NCBI RefSeq assembly: GCF_000196555.1
Contig: NC_015067.1
Coordinates: forward strand, 210,001 to 242,000
Length of the DNA stretch: 32,000 nt
Source of the DNA: Bifidobacterium longum subsp. longum JCM 1217
Lineage (GTDB): Bacteria > Actinomycetota > Actinomycetes > Actinomycetales > Bifidobacteriaceae
Direction of reading: 5' to 3'
Part shown: in pieces, positions 9,501-17,174 of the stretch
How positions within the stretch are numbered: position 1 is the first letter of the stretch
How the letters are laid out: the number at the start of each line of letters is the position of its first letter
The notes under the pieces: model-generated
Told to the model about the DNA's origin: nothing
The model's input: only the letters and a program-made list of their open reading frames with translations
The model's database searches: none
Position numbers and translations under genes: made by a program

Positions 9501-12473
9501 CGCCAGCGCACCATCACCTTCAACGGCGTGAAGGTCGCATCCGGTGTGGTCTCCGCAGGCGATGGCAGCGCCACTGGCGACGAGTCCTACCTGCTGCCGT
9601 GGATGTGGGATTCCTTCACCGGCAAGCTGGTCAAGGATTCCGAGCAGAAGCTCTACCACTGGAACACCAAGGGCGGCACCACCACCTGGACGCTGCCGGA
9701 CAGCTGGAAGAACCTCTCCAGCGTAAAGGTGTACCAGCTCACCGATCAGGGCAAGACCAACGAGCAGACCGTTGCCGTCTCCGGCGGCAAGGTGACGCTT
9801 ACCGCTGATGCCGAAACCCCGTACGTGGTGTACAAGGGCGAAGCCAAGCAGATCCAGGTCAACTGGAGCGAAGGCATGCATGTGGTAGACGCCGGCTTCA
9901 ACGGCGGCTCCAACACCCTCACCGACAACTGGACCGTCAGCGGCTCCGGCAAGGCCGAAGTTGAAGGCGACAACAACGCCATGCTGCGCCTGACCGGCAA
10001 GGTCGATGTCTCCCAGCGTCTGACCGATCTCAAGGCTGGCCAGAAGTACGCGCTGTATGTTGGCGTCGACAACCGCTCCACCGGCGATGCATCCGTCACC
10101 GTAACCAGCGGCGGCAAGGTGCTGGCCACCAACTCCACCGGCAAGTCCATCGCCAAGAACTACATCAAGGCATACGGCCACAACACGAACAGCAATACGG
10201 AAAATGGCTCCAGCTACTTCCAGAACATGTACGTGTTCTTCACCGCGCCTGAGAACGGCGATGCCACGGTAACCCTGTCTCACAAGAGCACCGACGGAGC
10301 ACACACCTACTTCGACGATGTGCGCATCGTGGAGAACCAGTACTCCGGCATCACCTATGAGAAGGACGGCACGCTGAAGTCCCTCACCAACGGATTCGAA
10401 AACAACGCCCAGGGCATCTGGCCGTTCGTGGTCTCCGGTTCCGAAGGCGTTGAGGACAACCGCATCCACCTCTCCGAGCTGCATGCTCCGTTCACGCAGG
10501 CCGGTTGGGATGTCAAGAAGATGGACGATGTGCTCGATGGCACTTGGTCTGTGAAGGTTAACGGCCTGACCCAGAAGGGCACGCTGGTCTACCAGACGAT
10601 CCCGCAGAACGTGAAGTTCGAGGCGGGTGCCAAGTACAAGGTGAGCTTCGACTACCAGTCCGGTTCCGATGACATCTACGCCATCGCTGTGGGCCAGGGT
10701 GAATACTCTGCCGGCAGCGTGAAGCTGACCAACCTGAAGAAGGCTCTGGGTGAGACCGGCAAGGCCGAGTTCGAGCTGACCGGTGGCGTCAACGGCGATT
10801 CCTGGTTCGGTATTTACTCGACCGCAACCGCACCTGATCTGCAGGGTTCCACCGGCAATGCACAGGACTTCGGCGGATACAAGGACTTCGTGCTCGACAA
10901 CCTGAAGATCGAGCGCATCGAGTCCCAGACCCGCACCAAGGCCGAAGCGCAGGACAAGGTCAAGGAAATCCGCGGCAAGTACGATTCCAAGCGTGCTGAG
11001 CTCTCCGATGCCGCATGGCAGCAGTATCAGGACACCTTGGTCAAGGCTCGCGTGCTCATCAACAAGAATGGCGCAACCGCTGAGGACTTCACCAAGGCAT
11101 ACGACATTCTCGTGGCCCTCGACGAGTACATGAAGACCGCTCCCGGCAACGAGAGCAGCGACAAGTACGACGTGGCAGCTGACGGCTCCGATGAGCTGGG
11201 TGGCTACACCGTGGCCACGGGCAGCGAAGAGCCTACCGCAGGCCTGCCGAGCGAAGGCCCGGCCGATCTGGCACAGGATGGCAACGACAGCACCCACTGG
11301 CACACCAGCTGGAGCGAGAACGCAGTCGGCAACGGCACCGCATGGTATCAGTTCAACCTCAACGAACCGACCACCATCAACGGCCTGCGCTACCTGCCGC
11401 GCTCCGGAGGTATGAACGCCAACGGCAAGATCAAGGGCTACAAGATCACGCTCACTCTGGCGGATGGCACCACCAAGGATGTCGTCACCGATGCTGAGTT
11501 CTCCACCACCACCATGTGGCAGAAGGCCAGCTTCGACGCCGTCGAGAATGTGACCGCCGTACGCTTGACCGTCCTGTCTTCCGCAGGCCAGAGCGACTCC
11601 CAGGCCAACAAGTTCGCATCCGCTGCCGAACTGCGTTTGACCACGGACCGCGAGGTTGAGGAAGAGACTGTCGCTCCGGACAAGACCGACCTCAACGACA
11701 CCATCGCCAAGGCTAACGGTCTTAAGGAATCCGACTACACGGCTGAAAGCTGGACTGCTCTGGTCAAGGCCCGCGAAGCTGCACAGGCCGTGGCGGATAA
11801 CGATAAGGCCACCGCTTACGATGTGGCTCTGGCGCTGACGAACCTCGAATCCGCTATCGCTGGTCTCGAGAAGACCGGTGAGGAGCCTGGCCCAGGCCCG
11901 GTTGAGGTGAACAAGACCGACCTGCAGACTGCAGTGAACAAGGCAAGCAAGCTCGAGAAGGCCGATTACACGACCAACTCGTGGGAAGCTTTCGCCGAGG
12001 CACTGAAGGCTGCACAGCAGGTGCTCGACAACAAGAACGCCACCCAGCAGGATGTGGATACCGCACTGAGCGCTCTTCAGGACGCCATCTCCAAGCTGGA
12101 AGCTGCCACCGAGCCGAAGCCGAATCCGGAACCGGGCGTGGTGGACAAGGCTGCTCTGAACGCGACCATCAACAAGGCCGCCGCCATCAACCTGGGTCTC
12201 TACACCGACGACTCCGCCAACGCTCTGCGCGCCGCGCTGAAGAAGGCCCGTGAGGTCTCCGACAACAGCAACGCCACGCAGAAGCAGGTCGACGCAGCTC
12301 GTGAAGCCCTGGAGAAGGCAATTGCCGCTCTGGTGAAGCGTCCCGCTGCCAAGGGTGATGGCAACGTTGTTTCCAACACGGGCTCCGATGTCGCCACGAT
12401 CGCTCTGGCTGGACTGCTGCTGGCAGGTGCTGGCGCCGCCATCGCCTACCGTCGCAATCGCGAGCAACTGTGA
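6573..12473 (+). CDS. engBF: endo-alpha-N-acetylgalactosaminidase, GH101 (EngBF-type, releases Gal-beta1,3-GalNAc from mucin-type O-glycans)
   Basis: 1,966 aa. Signal peptide MKKKKTISAALATALALTCMGSGGGTAFA. GH101 core blocks LLKGYGNEGHDSGHPDYGDIG and FIYLDVWGN. F5/8 type C (CBM32-like) module at about nt 11256-11639. Three tandem FIVAR-type ~65-aa repeats at nt 11679-12338. C-terminal VSNTG + hydrophobic helix + YRRNREQL. Confidence 0.97.
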   Translation: MKKKKTISAALATALALTCMGSGGGTAFAVPLSDADLQTLASQIQQINDTSDSATASETPSAQADAVEGWTIDSNIAQGGEILEMANGWLHLKSTASNGNAAANPSSSNNWPAVAVWGTDYDFSKAGSFHATIKSPQEGSANRFGFYLGYNDPGSGLFIGYDSGGWFWQTYTGGGSGSWYSGARIAAPSANEEHDIRVSWTDAKVATLTVDGQKAFDVDYSAMTNLSNKLAIKAGSWKELNEVTDVYIKDFPEVVEAAKHAVSGKVVDAGGAAIEGATVRLDKTKVKTGADGTFSFADIEEGEHTLSIAKEGYEDVSQQVTVSGADLAIDPITLNKTVQVASETLKTKKMEVQIKKNFPSVLQYTMTDGKVMYGQSKDVRTVEINGTNIELGDDDVTFKKVSDTEATYTLKVKDEAKKIDAVITVQITVKANQLHLNVTKIKNNLSEGIPEGNGVEENAIQTLSFPNQSLVSVRSSQENAQFTGARMSSNTQKPGDTNFAVTEDTNVTDSDYTYGFISGAGLSAGLWSNSEHDGTYVAAPVRGGSQNTRVYATTQQTGDATSLGLASAPWYYHRTVTDSKGKKYTVAETALPQMAVAIAGDENEDGAVNWQDGAIAYRDIMNNPYKSEEVPELVAWRIAMNFGSQAQNPFLTTLDNVKKVALNTDGLGQSVLLKGYGNEGHDSGHPDYGDIGQRLGGADDMNTMMEEGSKYGARFGVHVNASEMYPEAKAFSEDMVRRNSAGGLSYGWNWLDQGVGIDGIYDLASGSRVSRFADLSKEVGDNMDFIYLDVWGNLTSSGSEDSWETRKMSKMINDNGWRMTTEWGSGNEYDSTFQHWAADLTYGGYTSKGENSEVMRFLRNHQKDSWVGDYPQYGGAANAPLLGGYNMKDFEGWQGRNDYAAYIKNLYTHDVSTKFIQHFKVTRWVNNPLLTADNGNAAAVSDPNTNNGNEQITLKDSNGNVVVVSRGSNDTSSAAYRQRTITFNGVKVASGVVSAGDGSATGDESYLLPWMWDSFTGKLVKDSEQKLYHWNTKGGTTTWTLPDSWKNLSSVKVYQLTDQGKTNEQTVAVSGGKVTLTADAETPYVVYKGEAKQIQVNWSEGMHVVDAGFNGGSNTLTDNWTVSGSGKAEVEGDNNAMLRLTGKVDVSQRLTDLKAGQKYALYVGVDNRSTGDASVTVTSGGKVLATNSTGKSIAKNYIKAYGHNTNSNTENGSSYFQNMYVFFTAPENGDATVTLSHKSTDGAHTYFDDVRIVENQYSGITYEKDGTLKSLTNGFENNAQGIWPFVVSGSEGVEDNRIHLSELHAPFTQAGWDVKKMDDVLDGTWSVKVNGLTQKGTLVYQTIPQNVKFEAGAKYKVSFDYQSGSDDIYAIAVGQGEYSAGSVKLTNLKKALGETGKAEFELTGGVNGDSWFGIYSTATAPDLQGSTGNAQDFGGYKDFVLDNLKIERIESQTRTKAEAQDKVKEIRGKYDSKRAELSDAAWQQYQDTLVKARVLINKNGATAEDFTKAYDILVALDEYMKTAPGNESSDKYDVAADGSDELGGYTVATGSEEPTAGLPSEGPADLAQDGNDSTHWHTSWSENAVGNGTAWYQFNLNEPTTINGLRYLPRSGGMNANGKIKGYKITLTLADGTTKDVVTDAEFSTTTMWQKASFDAVENVTAVRLTVLSSAGQSDSQANKFASAAELRLTTDREVEEETVAPDKTDLNDTIAKANGLKESDYTAESWTALVKAREAAQAVADNDKATAYDVALALTNLESAIAGLEKTGEEPGPGPVEVNKTDLQTAVNKASKLEKADYTTNSWEAFAEALKAAQQVLDNKNATQQDVDTALSALQDAISKLEAATEPKPNPEPGVVDKAALNATINKAAAINLGLYTDDSANALRAALKKAREVSDNSNATQKQVDAAREALEKAIAALVKRPAAKGDGNVVSNTGSDVATIALAGLLLAGAGAAIAYRRNREQL

Positions 12474-12525
12474 AAGCGAGGTTATAGCCTAAGCAGTAAT
12501 AAATAAGGAATAATCCTTATCCTCT

Positions 12526-12567
12526 CGGCCGGCGCCGGGCAGCAATGCCTAGCGCCGGCCGCTTTCG
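12526..12567 (+). terminator. probable engBF terminator
   Basis: CGGCCGGCGC ... GCGCCGGCCG stem (16-nt loop) followed by CTTTCGT. A small AT hairpin ATAAGGA-ATAA-TCCTTAT sits just upstream (12503-12520). Confidence 0.55.
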
Positions 12568-12882
12568 TATGTATCAGTGTTCTCCAGTCACCCGGCAGAC
12601 ATCGGAATACGCACGCGATGTCGCTGCTAGGCGATGAATCGCAAATATGTGCGGTCATCGAATGATTCGTAATTCGCAGTGAATCCTTTGGTGGATTGGT
12701 ACTCGCTGACGAGTTCCGGATCGTCGCGCTTGAGTCGCTGCAGTTCAGCCTCACTGGCCGCAAGCATAGGGCGCAACAGTTCGCCATGAATTCACCCTCG
12801 GTTCGTTGGGTGAGCATGCCCCGGTTACATGCTGACGTTATATCTGACTGTAATACCGATGAGGCTAGGAAAAGGAACGATT

Positions 12883-12990
12883 ATGCAGTCTGACAACAAC
12901 CATCATGAATCGCATCACAACGATATGAGCTACAGCAACGACTACCAATACGATGTTTATATGTATGCCGAGTATGGCATCGAGTGGTGA
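12883..12990 (+). CDS. candidate 35-aa His/Tyr/Asp-rich micro-ORF
   Basis: ATG is preceded by AGGAAAAGGAA. Peptide MQSDNNHHESHHNDMSYSNDYQYDVYMYAEYGIEW; 22 of 35 codons end in G/C. No homologue recognised. It is too short for the ORF track. Confidence 0.3.
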   Translation: MQSDNNHHESHHNDMSYSNDYQYDVYMYAEYGIEW

Positions 12991-13014
12991 TTGCAGGCAA
13001 ACACGAATAAAGAG

Positions 13015-13033
13015 AGCCCCGAGTGAGAATTGG
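13015..13033 (-). pseudogene. tRNA-Thr(GGT) 3' fragment (T-loop remainder, T-stem 3' strand, acceptor 3' strand)
   Basis: Minus strand reads CCAATTC-TCAC-TCGGGGC-T, which complements the 5' fragment at 14514-14573. Confidence 0.8.
13027..13033. repeat. flanking direct repeat, left copy (GAATTGG)
   Basis: Identical 7-mer abuts both IS ends (13027-13033 and 14514-14520). Confidence 0.85.
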
Positions 13034-13057
13034 TGAACCGCACCCCGATTGTTGGAC
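13034..13057. repeat. IS left inverted repeat
   Basis: TGAACCGCACCCCGATTGTTGGAC. Confidence 0.9.
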
Positions 13058-13097
13058 TGAAGTAATTCAGATTCGATGATCGGAGGTGCGGTTTCTC

Positions 13098-13613
13098 ATG
13101 TGTAGGGATCGCAGGCGTCATTACGATGACGGTTTCATGCGGGTCGTCGCCGACCTGATCCGGGGCGGGGCCGGGAGGCGTTCTCTCGCCCGCCGGCTTG
13201 GCGCGCCCGTCAGTACCGCGGGAAAATGGGTGTTGTCATACCGGTTTGGCGGGGAGGCGGCGCTCATGGGAGAACGCGAAGGCAACAGGAGATACGACTA
13301 CGAGACGAAGCTCGCGGCGGTGCGCGACCATGTGGAGCATGGGCTGACGAAGGCCGAAGTCATGGAGAAGTACAGGATCGCGGGTCCCGCCCCGTTGGAG
13401 CGCTGGTGCCGCGAGTACCGGTCCGGCGGCCCGGACGCGCTGCGTCCGAAACCGAAGGGCAGGCCCAGGGGCGCGAAATCCAAGCCGAGGCCGGCTCCCA
13501 CAAGGGAACAGCTCCTTGAGGAGGAGAACGCGTACCTCAAGGCGAGGGTCGCGTACCTGGAAAAAGTCGACGCCCTGCTGGCGTGGAGATCGGCAACCGG
13601 GACAGAACGGTGA
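13098..13613 (+). CDS. IS3-family transposase OrfA (HTH)
   Basis: ATG 13098 lies 9 nt after CGGAGGTG; the track start GTG 13086 is also possible. N-terminal HTH region and C-terminal leucine-zipper-like LEEENAYLKARVAYLEK. Confidence 0.85.
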   Translation: MCRDRRRHYDDGFMRVVADLIRGGAGRRSLARRLGAPVSTAGKWVLSYRFGGEAALMGEREGNRRYDYETKLAAVRDHVEHGLTKAEVMEKYRIAGPAPLERWCREYRSGGPDALRPKPKGRPRGAKSKPRPAPTREQLLEEENAYLKARVAYLEKVDALLAWRSATGTER

Positions 13614-14467
13614 TCGTCTCCATGCTGGCGGGGCCGGGACATCGGCTCCGGCACCTGCTCAGGGCGGCCGGACTGGCGAAAAGCACGTATTACCATCTTC
13701 TGTCGCATCCGGCCGCCGTGACCCGGCCGGACATCGAGCCGATGGTCGCCGAGATATTCGCGCGCACGCCCAACGGGTGCGGCCACCGGCAGATACGCAT
13801 GTGCCTCGTGCACGAGTTCGGGGTGCGGGTGAGCCACAAGAGCGTGCTGAAGGTCATGAGGCGCATGGGCCTGGAATGCCGGATACGCAGGCCGAACCCG
13901 TACCGGAAATACAGCTCGTACCGGGACGAGACGGGCGCGAGGGTGGAGAACCTGCTGAACCGCGACTTCACGGCCGACCGGCCGTGGGTGAAGCTGGGCA
14001 CGGACGTCACCGAGTTCAGGGTCGCCGACGGCAAGGCGTATCCGGCTCCCGTATGCGACATGGGATCCAAGGAGATCGTGGCCTGGGACGTCAGCCGGCA
14101 TCCCGACATGGCCCAGCAGTGGCGCCTGCTCGCCATGCTCGAGGAGAAGCTGCCCGAAGACGCCGACCCGATCCCGCACTCCGACATGGGCTGACAGTAC
14201 CGGCACCGGTGGTGGCGCGACCGGCTCGCGGGACTGAACATCCGCCAGTCCATGAGCAGGAAGGACAACTGCATCGACAACGCCGCGACCGAGCAGGTGT
14301 TCGGCCACCTCAAGGACGAGTTCCACGCCGGACGCGAGTTCGCCTCATACGAACAGTTCAAGAACGAACTGGACGCGTACATCATCCACTGGAACACCAA
14401 ACGCCGCCAGATACGACTGGAGGGACACACCCCGGAGGAATTCCGGAACATGTCCCCCACAGCCTAA
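13583..14467 (+). pseudogene. IS3-family transposase OrfB interrupted by an in-frame TGA
   Basis: It is in the -1 frame relative to orfA. It reads ...IPHSDMG-TGA(14192-14194)-QYRHRWW... and continues in the same frame to 14467 through SRKDNCIDNAATEQVFGHLKDE. Confidence 0.85.
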
Positions 14468-14489
14468 TCAGGTACCCTTAATAAACCAC

Positions 14490-14513
14490 GTCCAACAATC
14501 GGGGCGCAGTTCA
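14490..14513. repeat. IS right inverted repeat
   Basis: GTCCAACAATCGGGGCGCAGTTCA, the reverse complement of IRL with 2 mismatches. Confidence 0.9.
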
Positions 14514-14573
<60 letters not shown>

Positions 14574-14679
14574 ATGCTGCGTTATGGCAATCTGAATATC
14601 ATGGCATGGCTTTGCGTATCGCGCAAGTCCGACTCGCCTTTGCGATTCTCGCGCGCAAGTATGTGAGGCGAAGCGTAAC

Positions 14680-15618
14680 TCATCGTTGTGCGCCGTTTCG
14701 AGGTGACGGCACAGACTCCTTGTTGTCTCGATTGATGTCGGCGATGACGGAGCGGAGTTCGGTAAGAAATGCGTCGGCTGCCGGAGTTGGCGGCTGGCTC
14801 TTCTTCCAAGCGATGGCCAGATGGGTTTGCATGGGCGGGTCGAGCGGCTGGAACACAAGCCCCGACTCCCACGACGTATCCACGAGACCTTGCAGGCAGA
14901 TCGCACAACCGTAGCCTTCCTGCACGAAGCAGCTGGCGTTATACAACAGGTTCATCGTGCCGACAATATTGAGTTCTTTGTTGCCTGATTTGTACCAGCC
15001 GGAAAGATCACGGCGATTGAGCACGCCTTGGGGGACGATGACCGGCACATCCGCGAGATCCTTGGGATGAATGGATTCGCGCGTGGCGAGCGGGTGGTCG
15101 TACCTCATGAGCAGGCCCATCGGATCTCCTGTTGGCAGTGGCAGGAAATCATAACGGCTCATGTCGGTGGGTTGCACAAGCACACCGAAGTCGGCCAGGC
15201 CATTGTCAAGCCGTTCAATGATATTCTGCCCATAGTCGTCGTGCAGCCGCACGCGGACTTGCGGATGCTTGTGCCGCAGTCGTGTCATGGCTCGTGCCAC
15301 GATGCGCATCGCTGCGCTTTGTGCCGCCGCGATATGTACATCGCCGGCGATGTCTTCGTCGGCGGTCATCTCTTTTTGCGTGCGATCGGCGAGCTCGACG
15401 ATCTCCTGCGCTCGGCGGTACATCAAGCGGCCCTTCTCAGTAAGTTCGAGCGAGTGGGACCGGTTGCCGCGAACGAACAATGTTGCGCCGACCTCGTCTT
15501 CCAAATCTTTGATTTGCCGGGAGAGCGCTGGCTGACTGATGCGCAGCGCATCTGCCGCAGCGCTCACGCCTTCCTCCTCGACCACGGCAATGAAGTTACG
15601 TAGGATTCGTAGTTCCAT
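14680..15618 (-). CDS. LysR-family transcriptional regulator
   Basis: MELRILRNFIAVVEEEGVSAAADALRISQPALSRQIKDLE is a classical LysR HTH. ATG 15618 lies 4 nt after GGGGAGGC. The track start at 15663 lacks an SD. Confidence 0.9.
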   Translation of the reverse strand: MELRILRNFIAVVEEEGVSAAADALRISQPALSRQIKDLEDEVGATLFVRGNRSHSLELTEKGRLMYRRAQEIVELADRTQKEMTADEDIAGDVHIAAAQSAAMRIVARAMTRLRHKHPQVRVRLHDDYGQNIIERLDNGLADFGVLVQPTDMSRYDFLPLPTGDPMGLLMRYDHPLATRESIHPKDLADVPVIVPQGVLNRRDLSGWYKSGNKELNIVGTMNLLYNASCFVQEGYGCAICLQGLVDTSWESGLVFQPLDPPMQTHLAIAWKKSQPPTPAADAFLTELRSVIADINRDNKESVPSPRNGAQR

Positions 15619-15811
15619 GTGTGCCTCCCCGCTTATTTTATATCCGATATTGCATGTATTCATGTTCTACTTTTGCATTTGTAATACTGTTTGGCTGACT
15701 TTACTGTTGAGGCAACAGATGCGGGCGCGACGGTGAATGAAGAATCACAGGGTGGCTTTGAGTAGCTTTCGCCCGCTGCTATCCAATGATTTCAGCGAAA
15801 GAACAACGATA

Positions 15812-16351
15812 ATGCTCAGCAATAACGCGGTAGTGGTGTACTTCTCTCGTACTGGAGAGAATTACTCAGTCGGTGAGATCGAAGTCGGTAATACAGCCAA
15901 AGTCGCGCAGGTGATTGCCTCGCGAATTGGGGCGCCGACCGTCGAGATTGTGCCAGTCGAACCCTATCCGAATGTGTATGACGAAGCCGTGGCGCAGGCT
16001 ACGCAAGAGCGTTCTGCGGGAGCTCGGCCGGCGTTCACGCTGGTCGCCGGCGATGGGGCGGATAATCCTGCGGCGATGCTTGACTCGGCTGAGACTATTT
16101 ACCTCGGCTACCCAATTTGGTGGTCGGATATGCCGATGCCCGTTTACACATTCCTGGAAAGCCGCGATTGGAGCGGTAAAACCATTGCTCCATTCTGCAC
16201 GCATGAGGGCAGTGGTCTGGCCGATACCGTGGCGTCGATTCGTCGGGTTGTAGTCGGCGCAACTGTTCTCGATGGCATGGAATTGCGCGGTGCCGTCGCG
16301 CAGAACGATGTTGATGCCACCGTGCGAGCCGTCGATGGATGGCTCGGATAG
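15812..16351 (+). CDS. flavodoxin-like protein (Flavodoxin_4 type)
   Basis: VVYFSRTGENY and IYLGYPIWWSDMPMPVYTFLE...PFCTHEGSGL. Divergent from the LysR gene. The track start 15737 would add a non-conserved 25-aa extension. Confidence 0.85.
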   Translation: MLSNNAVVVYFSRTGENYSVGEIEVGNTAKVAQVIASRIGAPTVEIVPVEPYPNVYDEAVAQATQERSAGARPAFTLVAGDGADNPAAMLDSAETIYLGYPIWWSDMPMPVYTFLESRDWSGKTIAPFCTHEGSGLADTVASIRRVVVGATVLDGMELRGAVAQNDVDATVRAVDGWLG

Positions 16352-16410
16352 CGATGGCGAGGTTTGTTGTCAATCCGGTGACGCATTCAAGCGTCATTGC
16401 GGTCTCAGTA

Positions 16411-16601
16411 GTGGGACGCAACTGCAATGCGGCTTGATTTGCATTTGCGTCCCACGTTGTTGCGTCCCGCAAGCGCAAAATCGACCTTTTTGCAGTTGCG
16501 GGACAGTGTGGATTGTTGGAATTCCGCCATTCTTGTGATGAGGTGCTGGGAGGGCTGTGGGACGCAACTGCAAATTGAGCCATATCGCAGTTGCGTCCCA
16601 C
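16411..16601. repeat. cluster of three hairpin units built from one 15-17-nt motif (GTGGGACGCAACTGCAA)
   Basis: Unit I: 16411-16427 / 16439-16455 (1 mismatch). Unit II: 16464-16478 / 16490-16504 (variant GTCCCGCAA..GCAA, 2 mismatches). Unit III: 16557-16571 / 16587-16601 (perfect 15 bp). The cluster lies between convergent gene ends. Confidence 0.9.
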
Positions 16602-16647
16602 TCTTATGCGGGGTTCTCGATTGCGCTTAACCGCATTGAGCGGCGTA

Positions 16648-17007
16648 TCAAGCGGCGAGCTTGGCCTTGTAGTCTTCGCCCCAGTTCCATAGAGCGTCGA
16701 TGACGGTTTTGAGGCTATGGCCAGTGTCGGTCAGAGAGTATTCGACGCGCGGCGGCACTTCGGGGTAAACCTCGCGATGCACAAGTCCGTCGGCTTCCAT
16801 CTGTCGCAGGTTCGAGGTGAGCACCTTCTGCGAGATGTGCCCGATTGAGCGACGTAGTTCACTGAAGCGCTTGGTACCGGTCAGCAGGTCGCGCACGATG
16901 AGAATTTTCCATTTGTCGGAAATCAGTGTGAGCGTCGTCTCCACGGGACACGCCGGGAGCGTGTTGACATCGATCATAGCATCACCTCGTGTAATCGTTG
17001 GAATCAT
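16648..17007 (-). CDS. HxlR-family (MarR-like winged helix) transcriptional regulator
   Basis: CPVETTLTLISDKWKILIVRDLLTGTKRFSELRRSIGHISQKVLTSNLRQMEADGLV. Alternative start ATG 16977 has SD GAGGTG. Confidence 0.9.
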   Translation of the reverse strand: MIPTITRGDAMIDVNTLPACPVETTLTLISDKWKILIVRDLLTGTKRFSELRRSIGHISQKVLTSNLRQMEADGLVHREVYPEVPPRVEYSLTDTGHSLKTVIDALWNWGEDYKAKLAA

Positions 17008-17035
17008 GCAATAGTTCCTTTTAGGTGACTATAGC

Positions 17036-17045
17036 ACTTTAAAGT
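17036..17045. promoter_or_regulatory. 10-bp palindrome ACTTTAAAGT in the divergent promoter (candidate HxlR operator)
   Basis: Perfect palindrome 29 bp upstream of the HxlR ATG. A GTAC-containing half-site recurs at 17065-17070. Confidence 0.25.
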
Positions 17046-17084
17046 ACCTTCTTCCCAAAAAGTAAGTACTCCAATATCGTACTG

Positions 17085-17120
17085 TTTCAACGGCGGAAGC
17101 ACCAGGTTCCGCCGTTGAAA
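17085..17120. promoter_or_regulatory. perfect 14-bp inverted repeat with 8-nt spacer upstream of the oxidoreductase gene
   Basis: TTTCAACGGCGGAA-GCACCAGG-TTCCGCCGTTGAAA ends 54 bp before ATG 17175. It could be an operator or a 5'-UTR hairpin. Confidence 0.35.
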
Positions 17121-17174
17121 TCAATTAGGCACAGCGTGTAACAAGCGCAATGGATTACTACATAGGAGCCCATC

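Larger units (their letters stand above)
13034..14513 (+). mobile_element. IS3-family insertion sequence (IS150-group-like), 1,480 bp
   Basis: TG...CA termini. 24-bp terminal inverted repeats match 22/24. orfA and orfB are in a 0/-1 frame arrangement with an A-run at 13561-13565. DDE-type orfB blocks TDVTEF, HSDMG.QY and SRKDNCIDNA..E. A 7-bp direct repeat flanks the element. Confidence 0.92.

Noticed and set aside
6621-12467. 1,948-aa ORF antisense to engBF
   Set aside because: It uses exactly the same codon boundaries as engBF, so it is open only because engBF never uses TTA, CTA or TCA. Its composition is Gly/Val/Ala/Leu shadow sequence with no start context or domains.
12482-12817. 111-aa minus-strand ORF after engBF
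   Set aside because: It is Cys/Ser/Arg-rich with no SD and crosses the engBF terminator. A different frame in the same stretch (12767-12627) looks more protein-like and is reported as a low-confidence stump.
13298-14481. ORFs 13298-14326 (-), 13516-14481 (+) and 13690-14460 (-) inside the IS
   Set aside because: They are alternative frames of the transposase genes. The orfA/orfB frames carry the recognisable HTH and DDE blocks.
16095-16630. ORFs across the triple-hairpin region (168 aa minus, 88 aa and 67 aa plus)
   Set aside because: They are composed of the palindromic repeats, open in both directions, without SDs or codon bias. The region was also considered as a CRISPR array and rejected. 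Its repeats are in inverted, not direct, orientation, their spacing is irregular, and there are no cas genes.
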